In this document: positions 29,464 through 36,556 of the stretch, in pieces
Layout: every line of letters starts with the position of its first letter
Numbering within the stretch: position 1 is the first letter of the stretch
Source: Bacillota bacterium
GTDB taxonomy: Bacteria; Bacillota; Clostridia; TANB77; CAG-508
DNA: 64,000 nucleotides
Assembly: GCA_963928415.1 (NCBI GenBank)
Contig: CAWVEX010000023.1
Location: 10 to 64,009, forward strand
Direction of reading: 5' to 3'
Position numbers and translations under genes: made by a program
Notes under the pieces: generated by a model
The model's input: the letters and a program-made list of their open reading frames with translations, nothing else
Databases searched by the model: none
Told to the model about the DNA's origin: nothing

Positions 29464-30135
29464 TTAACCTACAATTTTTGGCTTTTTATTGCCTTTTGTT
29501 GCCTCTATAGCAGATAATGCAATTTCTTTACAATATGGGCAATTTATACTATTTAAGCTTTTTTGAAAATATATTGCATCATATCCATAAGCACAAGCCT
29601 GTAATAAAAATTCTAATTGGTCAACATTTTTTATAAATTTTGCTTCATCTGTTTCTAACTTTTCATATTCTTCCCATATTTCTAAATAGTCGTTGTTTTC
29701 ATCTAATGTTTGTAATACTTTTAATATTGCTTCTTTTTCTTTAATATGCTTAGCTTCTTTAGTTATATTATCATATGGAGTATAATCTCCAGCATATACT
29801 TCTCCAAGTTCATGTATAATTCCCATTTTTATACATTTTAGAACATCTAACTTTAGCTTGTTGGATTCTATTATAGTTAATGCCAAAAGTGCTACTGAAA
29901 ATGAGTGATCTGCTATTGATTCACATTTTTTTTCAAACTCTAATCCTATTCTTACCTTTAGCCATCCTTGTCTATATATGTTTTTTAATTGATTGTATTT
30001 CATATAAAATGATAGTATATTATTATCAATCTTTTTAAATTTTTCATATGGATTTGTATCTTTTATATAATTTTGATTATTTTCATCTTTTAAAATTTCC
30101 ATTTTGTTTTCCTCCATAAAAATTCTTATTTTCAT
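29464..30135 (-). CDS. HD-domain hydrolase (YfbR-like 5'-nucleotidase family)
   Basis: ESIADHSF...HELGEVYAGDYTP HD motif. Confidence 0.65.
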   Translation of the reverse strand: MKIRIFMEENKMEILKDENNQNYIKDTNPYEKFKKIDNNILSFYMKYNQLKNIYRQGWLKVRIGLEFEKKCESIADHSFSVALLALTIIESNKLKLDVLKCIKMGIIHELGEVYAGDYTPYDNITKEAKHIKEKEAILKVLQTLDENNDYLEIWEEYEKLETDEAKFIKNVDQLEFLLQACAYGYDAIYFQKSLNSINCPYCKEIALSAIEATKGNKKPKIVG

Positions 30136-30798
30136 TTAACTTACTCTATAATGCCCTATAATATAATCTTTATCATATAATTCTAAAACATCTTCTTCAT
30201 AATTGATTTGTCCAGGATAAGCATGATGTATTAAAAACGGTACTCCATTTCTATTTCTTTTATCAGATATAATTCCTATATGATCTTTAAAAACAATTAT
30301 ATCTCCACCCTGCCACTTCTCTATTTGCTTTAAATCTGTTGTAAGTGATATACTATTGTTTTTAAAATATACATCTAAGTTTTTTACTCTTCTAAAATCA
30401 ATATTTTTGTCTATTACATCAATATCATATTTTTCTTTATTATTAATAATATCTTCATTTACGAGTTCCATTAAGTCGTATCCTGCATTTTTTAATGCAA
30501 ATGCTACAACATCTGTGCAAACTCCATATCCATCATCAGGATAACCTGTTCCATAATATTTACTTTGATATTTTGGTTTTGTAGAAACATATTCTTTAGC
30601 ACTATTTAATATATCTGTTTGGTCATCTATTCCGTCATTATCTTTATCTACACTACTTTTATAGTCCTCAATATAAAAATTCCTATTAACATATTCTTTA
30701 TGAGGTATTATATTAATTATATATAATAATATAATTAGTATAATAATAAAAATTATAACAATACCTGATATTAAAACTACTTTTGCTTTTTTATTCAT
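30136..30798 (-). CDS. DUF1287-like membrane-anchored protein
   Basis: N-terminal TM segment, then YGVCTDVVAFALKNAGYDL and GDIIVF...HIGIISD. Confidence 0.5.
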   Translation of the reverse strand: MNKKAKVVLISGIVIIFIIILIILLYIINIIPHKEYVNRNFYIEDYKSSVDKDNDGIDDQTDILNSAKEYVSTKPKYQSKYYGTGYPDDGYGVCTDVVAFALKNAGYDLMELVNEDIINNKEKYDIDVIDKNIDFRRVKNLDVYFKNNSISLTTDLKQIEKWQGGDIIVFKDHIGIISDKRNRNGVPFLIHHAYPGQINYEEDVLELYDKDYIIGHYRVS

Positions 30799-30818
30799 TC
30801 TTTACTCCTACAAATATA

Positions 30819-31574
30819 TTATCCTACATTTTCTATATCTTCATCTATTTCTTGAACTTTTATATTTTTTGCAATTAATGCTTTTATTTTTATTCCATCT
30901 TTTTTAAACATTTTTTCATGTTCTGTTTCTATATTTTCTTCTCCTAGCCAAAAGTCTTTTTCATTTGCTAGGTCATAAGTTATCTTTTCAATTTCAAAAC
31001 CAGTATCTTTAAAATAATTTATAGAGTCTTCAAACAAATAATTATCATCTGTTTTAAAAAATATTTCTCCACCTTTTGCTAAAAATGTTTTATATTGCAA
31101 AAGCTGTCTTGGATGAGTTAATCTTTTTTTATGGTGTTTGCCTCTAGGCCAAGGATTACAAAAATTAATATATATTCTTTCAATATTATCTTTTTTACCA
31201 AATATATTAGAAATTAGTGCAATATCATAACGAGTAAGTCTTAAATTAGTTACAACTTTTTGTTTTTCAATTTCATCTTCTATTTCTTCTCTATCTATTG
31301 TATTTCTTATACCAAACTCTTTTTCTACATTTCTTTTTGCTATTCCAAGCATACTATCTACTAAATCAATTGCTATATAATTAATATTTTTTTCTTTATT
31401 TGCTCTAGCCATTTTAGCTATGAAATTTCCTTTACCACAACCAAGTTCTAGATATATTTTGTAATCATTATCAAATGCAGTTTTCCACTTATTTTTGTAC
31501 ATTTGTGGATTATCTATATAAAAAGGACTAGTAATTAGTTCTTCTCTTGCCCATGGTTTAAATCTTATTCTCAT
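30819..31574 (-). CDS. trmB: tRNA (guanine46-N7)-methyltransferase
   Basis: LELGCGKGNF SAM motif, NFCNPWPRGKHHKRRL-like NFCNPWPRGKHHKKRL, and an acidic internal insertion. Confidence 0.85.
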   Translation of the reverse strand: MRIRFKPWAREELITSPFYIDNPQMYKNKWKTAFDNDYKIYLELGCGKGNFIAKMARANKEKNINYIAIDLVDSMLGIAKRNVEKEFGIRNTIDREEIEDEIEKQKVVTNLRLTRYDIALISNIFGKKDNIERIYINFCNPWPRGKHHKKRLTHPRQLLQYKTFLAKGGEIFFKTDDNYLFEDSINYFKDTGFEIEKITYDLANEKDFWLGEENIETEHEKMFKKDGIKIKALIAKNIKVQEIDEDIENVG

Positions 31575-31746
31575 CTATTTTCCTCATTTAATATATTTAA
31601 GATTTATTTTATGCTCTTAAATATACTCTTTCTTATATATTTTCTTTATATATGTTTATTTTACCAAATATTTAGGCTTTTTTCAATTTTTTCTAATATT
31701 TAAAATTATTATTTTATATAAAATATGTTTAAATAATTATAAAAAT

Positions 31747-31783
31747 AAAGTTCATATAAACTTTAAAAGCTAATATGAACTTT
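31747..31783 (-). terminator. Rho-independent terminator on the minus strand
   Basis: aaagttcatat / atatgaacttt 11-bp stem. A T-run follows only on the minus strand (ATTTTT). Confidence 0.65.
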
Positions 31784-31801
31784 AAATATATATTAAAAGG
31801 A

Positions 31802-31968
31802 TTGTAGAGGAAACTTTCTTTTAGCTTTTGGGGGGCACTAATTTTTTATAGGAATAATTTTTAAGGATACAAATCAAGATTTTGAAATATAATTTTGTAA
31901 TACTTTAGTGAAAAAAATTACAACTAAACAAATCTACAATATAATTATTCTTAAGTTTCCTCTACAAG
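31802..31968. repeat. Perfect 15-bp inverted repeat flanking 137 bp
   Basis: ttgtagaggaaactt (31802-31816) and aagtttcctctacaa (31954-31968). The interior holds further partial complementarity and a ttgtaat/attacaa hairpin. Confidence 0.8.
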
Positions 31969-32082
31969 ATTAAAAACTTATTTAAATAAATATGGATTTT
32001 TTAAATCAAGAAAAATTTTATAGAGAATCTAATTTATTGAAAAAAATTAATAAGATTATTTTATGCTTGTTAGCATAAATAT

Positions 32083-32111
32083 ATAATATATTATTTTCCA
32101 TTAAATGTCAA
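32083..32111 (-). promoter_or_regulatory. Sigma-A promoter: TTGACA, 17 nt, TATTAT
   Basis: Plus-strand tgtcaa at 32106-32111 and ataata at 32083-32088. Confidence 0.5.
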
Positions 32112-32126
32112 TAGTTTTTGGTATAT

Positions 32127-32157
32127 AATCGTTCGACAAATTTTGACACTATTTGAC
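32127..32157. promoter_or_regulatory. 31-nt motif of three phased TGTCRAA-like repeats, copy B (near-consensus CtsR box plus a TGTCGAA Spo0A-type box)
   Basis: The minus strand reads AGTCAAA-tag-TGTCAAA-att-TGTCGAA. The first two heptads fit (A/G)GTCAAA-NAN-(A/G)GTCAAA with one mismatch. Confidence 0.45.
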
Positions 32158-32219
32158 TTTTTTCTTAATATTTGAACTAAATTTGATTTTCTTAACATAA
32201 AAAATTATACTTTATCCTG

Positions 32220-32248
32220 TTGTAATTGCCAAACTTTTGTGCTATAAT
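32220..32248 (+). promoter_or_regulatory. Extended -10 promoter of the DUF4364 gene: TTGTAA, 17 nt, TGcTATAAT
   Basis: ttgtaa at 32220-32225 and tataat at 32243-32248, preceded by tgc. Confidence 0.55.
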
Positions 32249-32284
32249 GTGATAGAATTTATAAATGCAAGGAGTTGAAAATAA

Positions 32285-32830
32285 TTGAAAATTACATCTG
32301 ATAGTGAAACATTGGCTGAAAATAAAGTATTAATATTATATGTACTAGATACAGTAAAAAAGCCAATTACAAATGATGCTTTGTATAGTGTCGTTAGCTC
32401 TGCTATAGACTTAAATTATTTTTACTTTCAACAATTTTTATTAGATTTAATTGAAGCAAAATTTGTTGTGTGCTATACAAAGGAAACTCAAGATGTATAT
32501 AAGCTTACAGAAGCTGGCAAAAACACTTTAGATTTAACATTAGACATATTACCAGGTATTATTAAATTAAGAGTTGACACTAATTTAAAAAGTAATATTG
32601 AAATGTTTGAAAATGCTCAGTCCATAGTTTCTGAATATACTCCTAAAAGTGAAAATGAATATGAAGTTATTTGTAAAATTATAGAAGATAATGAAATTAT
32701 CTTTGAAATAAAAACTTTTGCTTATTCTAGAGACCAAGCACAAAATATTGTTGATAATTGGAAGAAAAATGCTACTAACTTATATCCAAAACTTATTGGA
32801 TTATTAACTAAAAATGATGAACAAAAATAA
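32285..32830 (+). CDS. DUF4364-like protein
   Basis: NKVLILYVL...PITNDALYSVV...YFYFQQFLLDL fits my recollection of DUF4364. TTG start 10 nt after AAGGAG. Confidence 0.45.
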   Translation: MKITSDSETLAENKVLILYVLDTVKKPITNDALYSVVSSAIDLNYFYFQQFLLDLIEAKFVVCYTKETQDVYKLTEAGKNTLDLTLDILPGIIKLRVDTNLKSNIEMFENAQSIVSEYTPKSENEYEVICKIIEDNEIIFEIKTFAYSRDQAQNIVDNWKKNATNLYPKLIGLLTKNDEQK

Positions 32831-32916
32831 TTTGTTTTTTAATTTTATATATAAAAATAAAAGTATATAATAAATTTATTTTACTATATACTTTTATTTT
32901 TTATTTAATCACTCTT

Positions 32917-34191
32917 TTATTTAAATAATCTCTCTTTTATCTTACTTATTTCTATTATTTCTTTTTCTCCTGTTTTAGTATTTTCTAATTCTGCTTTACC
33001 ATCTTCTACTTTATCTCCTAAGATAACCATATATGGAGTTCCAAGTATTTTGCAATCTTTCATTTTAGCTCCCATAGACATATTATCTCTATCATCTAAA
33101 ATAGCTCTTCCTTCAAAAGAATTATATAATTCTTCCGCTTCTTTTACTTTTTCCATATTGTCTAATTTAGGTATTATTTGAACTATATATGGAGCTACCT
33201 CCTTTGGTAAAGATACTCCAGTTACATTTCCTCTTTCATCTTTTATAACTGAATTTTCATAAATTGCTGCAACTAATCTACTTACTCCTATACCATAGCA
33301 TCCCATATAGTATGGCTTTTTAGTATTGTCCTTATCTATAAATCCAATATCCATTGAATCAGAATATTTAGTACCTAATTGGAATATATGTCCTACCTCA
33401 ATAGCTTTAGTTGTCTTTAAATTAGAAATATCTTCTATACCATATTCTTCTTTTAGATACTCTTCATAGTTTTCTTTCTCTAAAACTTCTGTATTTAAGG
33501 CTATCTTTCTTTTTTCATCATATAGGATTGTATCTTCTCCAATAGGTGATACTAGCATAAATTCTTCGCTCTTTTTTCCACCCATTGCACCATTATTTGC
33601 AATAACTGGTAATAATTCTATTCCAAGCATTTTCCCTATTTTTATATATGCATTTCTTACATTTTCATAAGATTTTTCTAATCCTTTTAAATCTGTATCA
33701 AAGCTATAAGCATCCATCATTAAGAAAGATCTTCCTCTTAATAGATAACCTCTTGTTCTGATTTCATTTCTATATTTCTCACCTATTTGGTAAACTGTAG
33801 CTGGCATATGTTTATATGATTTTAATTTTTCTGCTACAAATTCTATACAAGCCTCTTCTGCTGTTGGAGCTAAGCATAAGTCTCCCCTATCTGATTTTAC
33901 AACAAGCATTGTTCCATCATCTACATATGTATCCCATCTACCTGACTTTTTCCAGATTGTATCTGGTTGAAGTGTTGGTAATTGTATTTCTATACATCCA
34001 ACTTCATTTAAACATTCTTCTATTATTCTTTCTACATTTCTTTTAACAAGCATCGTAATATTATTATATCCAAATATACCTGTACCATATTGAACTAATT
34101 GTCCTGATTGAAGTAACATATCTTGTGCTGGGTACATTTCATCTAGTTTGTTTACTCTCATTGTACCTAATCCTGCTTTTGATAATTTCAT
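32917..34191 (-). CDS. proS: Prolyl-tRNA synthetase, short form lacking the INS editing domain
   Basis: Class II motifs RGRSFLMMDAYSF and GCYGIGVSRLV lie only about 135 aa apart. 424 aa in total. Confidence 0.85.
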   Translation of the reverse strand: MKLSKAGLGTMRVNKLDEMYPAQDMLLQSGQLVQYGTGIFGYNNITMLVKRNVERIIEECLNEVGCIEIQLPTLQPDTIWKKSGRWDTYVDDGTMLVVKSDRGDLCLAPTAEEACIEFVAEKLKSYKHMPATVYQIGEKYRNEIRTRGYLLRGRSFLMMDAYSFDTDLKGLEKSYENVRNAYIKIGKMLGIELLPVIANNGAMGGKKSEEFMLVSPIGEDTILYDEKRKIALNTEVLEKENYEEYLKEEYGIEDISNLKTTKAIEVGHIFQLGTKYSDSMDIGFIDKDNTKKPYYMGCYGIGVSRLVAAIYENSVIKDERGNVTGVSLPKEVAPYIVQIIPKLDNMEKVKEAEELYNSFEGRAILDDRDNMSMGAKMKDCKILGTPYMVILGDKVEDGKAELENTKTGEKEIIEISKIKERLFK

Positions 34192-34308
34192 ATTTATATT
34201 CCCTTTTAATATGCTTATATAATTTAAAAAATAATAAAAATTTCTATAAAAGCATATCCTTTCTTTTATATTTCTTATTCTTTTTTTATTTTATAATTTC
34301 TTTATTTC

Positions 34309-34926
34309 TTAATTATTCTCTTCTTTACCTTTCGGTTCTGGAGCCTCATTAGTTTCCTTATTTTCTACATTTTCTTCTAATTCATCTATAACAATTTGTC
34401 TATTGCTATCTAACTTATATTTTGGAAGTTCTGGTAAATCTTTTAGGCTATTTAACCCAAACATTTTTAAAAATTCATCTGTTACTTTATATGTCATAGG
34501 TTTACCTGGTAAGTCTGCTTTTCCAGCTTGTTCTATTAAGTTATATTCAAGCAATCTATATATAGATGCTGATGAATCTACTCCTCTTATTGTATCAACA
34601 TCAGCTTTAGTAGCTCTGCTATTATATGCAATTATACTAAGTACCTCTAGAGATGCTTGAGATAATGTTGGTTTTGATCCTTTACTAAACATAGGATAAA
34701 TATATTCATGGTATTCTTTTTTTGATGCTAATTGATAACCGTCTTCAACGCGTACTATTTCTAAACCTCTACCTACAGATTCATATTCCTTTTCTAAATC
34801 TGCTATACTAGAAATTATTTCATCTGAATTTACTTCAAGTAATGACATAAGTTCTCTTATTTTTACTACTCTTCCTGAGGCAAATAGTATTGCTTCTATT
34901 ACTCCTTTTATTTTTTCTTTTTCCAT
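34309..34926 (-). CDS. scpB: Segregation and condensation protein B
   Basis: IEAILFASG...V, EVLSIIAYNSRATKADVDTIRGVDS, PGKPMTYKVTDEFL. Confidence 0.9.
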   Translation of the reverse strand: MEKEKIKGVIEAILFASGRVVKIRELMSLLEVNSDEIISSIADLEKEYESVGRGLEIVRVEDGYQLASKKEYHEYIYPMFSKGSKPTLSQASLEVLSIIAYNSRATKADVDTIRGVDSSASIYRLLEYNLIEQAGKADLPGKPMTYKVTDEFLKMFGLNSLKDLPELPKYKLDSNRQIVIDELEENVENKETNEAPEPKGKEENN

Positions 34927-34927
34927 T

Positions 34928-35326
34928 TTATTTTCCTTTATTATTTACATTCATATATTCTTCTATAAATTTCTCAAGTTTTGCTGCTGTATGACATGAA
35001 ATACAATGTGCTAATTTTTCTGTTTCTTCATCAACTAAATGAGGGTCAGTTTTTATAATCTCTTCTAAAAACTTTTTGAATAATTTATGCCTTCTTTCGA
35101 TATATTTAGCCCTTGCTATTCCTTCTTTAGTTAAATTTATATTTTTATATTTTTCGTAGTTTATGAGCCCTTGGTTTTTTAATTGGTTTAATGCATTATT
35201 AGTACTAGCTTTTGTTACTTCCATTTTATTTGCAATATCTGTAACTCTAGCTCCATCATTATTGCTAGATAATAAATATATAGCATATAAATATTCTTCT
35301 AATGAATCTGTCATTTTGTACTTCAC
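34928..35326 (-). CDS. DtxR/MntR-family metal-dependent repressor (short form)
   Basis: EEYLYAIYLLS...ARVTDIANKMEVTKASTNNALNQLKNQGLI...RRHKLFKKFL. Confidence 0.8.
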   Translation of the reverse strand: MKYKMTDSLEEYLYAIYLLSSNNDGARVTDIANKMEVTKASTNNALNQLKNQGLINYEKYKNINLTKEGIARAKYIERRHKLFKKFLEEIIKTDPHLVDEETEKLAHCISCHTAAKLEKFIEEYMNVNNKGK

Positions 35327-35379
35327 CTCTTTATATTTTATAATTCTAGCTTTTAATAATGGTTTTGCTGTATTAAAAA

Positions 35380-35772
35380 TTAATTATCTAATTTTATTTC
35401 TTTAGGCTTAATCTTCTTTACTGCAATAGCATTTGTTTGAGCTTCATTCCATCTCATAACTCTTATATTTTTATATGTATCTAAAACTTTAGAATATTTA
35501 TCTCTTTCATCTTCCCACACTGTTGATGGAATTTTATCAAAACTATCAAACATCTTTTCAGCTTCTGTTAAATATATTATTTGTTCTTGTGGAGACATTT
35601 TATCATATTTTTGAGCAAATCTTACTAAGCTATCTAGTTTTTGGTTTGCATCAATAAAACTGAAAAAGTCCTTAACTTTAATTCCAGCCATACGAATTTG
35701 CATTATAGCTATTACAATTAATATTACAATAAACATTACAAGTATAAATATTACTGCTAATGCCTCCGTCAT
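35380..35772 (-). CDS. Hypothetical N-terminally anchored membrane protein
   Basis: ORF with one N-terminal TM segment. I recognise no motif. Confidence 0.4.
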   Translation of the reverse strand: MTEALAVIFILVMFIVILIVIAIMQIRMAGIKVKDFFSFIDANQKLDSLVRFAQKYDKMSPQEQIIYLTEAEKMFDSFDKIPSTVWEDERDKYSKVLDTYKNIRVMRWNEAQTNAIAVKKIKPKEIKLDN

Positions 35773-35906
35773 ATCTTTCTCCTTATCTTTAGATTTTGCT
35801 ATATTATATCATTAAAATATAGACATTGCAATATTTTGTTAGCAATGCATTTTTCTATAGAATTTAACATTTAATATATTTTTTAATTTATTTTTTGTTT
35901 TTTAAT

Positions 35907-36449
35907 TTATCTATCTTTTTCTAATCCACTATCTTTAGCACTTTCATTTTCACATTTTTTATTACCAGTATCTACATCTTTTACAGCACCAGTAAACATT
36001 CCCATTCTTTGGCCACCTAAAATATCTGTTAAAAATCCATCTCCTATTACTATAATATTTTCTGGATCTAATCCCATTTCAGTACTTGCTTTTATAAATG
36101 GTTTTCTTCTAGGTTTAAATGCATGAGGCATATAATTTATACCTATTTTTTTTGCAAACTTCTCAATTCTGTCATTTTTGTTATTAGATACCAAATATAT
36201 TTTTAGCTCTCTACTTAAAAGTTTTAAAGTTTTTACTACACTTGGTGGTACAAATTCTAGTTCATGAAGTATTGTTCCATCAACATCTATTATCATTCCA
36301 CCTATTCCATATTCACTTTTTAATCTTTTTATTTCTTCTAAGTCTATTTCATTTATATTATTGTATTCTATATCTGGTTTTAAATTTTTTCTTACTAATT
36401 TATTTAACGCTAAAACAAATTTAGTATATATTTTTCCTTGTAAAGACAT
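35907..36449 (-). CDS. YqeG-family HAD phosphatase
   Basis: GMIIDVDGTI (the DxD-like HAD motif I), LVSNN, and IGDGFLTDILGG. Confidence 0.7.
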   Translation of the reverse strand: MSLQGKIYTKFVLALNKLVRKNLKPDIEYNNINEIDLEEIKRLKSEYGIGGMIIDVDGTILHELEFVPPSVVKTLKLLSRELKIYLVSNNKNDRIEKFAKKIGINYMPHAFKPRRKPFIKASTEMGLDPENIIVIGDGFLTDILGGQRMGMFTGAVKDVDTGNKKCENESAKDSGLEKDR

Positions 36450-36556
36450 TCTTTCACCTCGTCTTTTAATTATACCATATATTTAGTAATATTTATACAC
36501 TTTTTATAAAAAATCAAAGACTTACACTAGAATATTTCTAGCATAAGCCTTTCTTA

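Larger units (their letters stand above)
31747..32076 (-). ncRNA. Candidate ORF-less transcript of about 330 nt, class unknown
   Basis: It is bounded by the TTGACA-17-TATTAT promoter (32083-32111) and the terminator at 31747-31783. The longest minus-strand ATG ORF is 6 codons. It contains the 15-bp long-range inverted repeat. Confidence 0.3.

Noticed and set aside
31992-32078. A 28-codon plus-strand ORF (MDFLNQEKFYRESNLLKKINKIILCLLA) inside the long intergenic region.
   Set aside because: It has no SD and no recognisable family, and it overlaps the promoter-proximal part of the candidate minus-strand transcript.
34192-34308. A search for T-box or other leader riboswitches upstream of proS and of the gat operon.
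   Set aside because: The leaders are too short (117 nt for proS), extremely AT-rich, and lack specifier, T-box or antiterminator elements.
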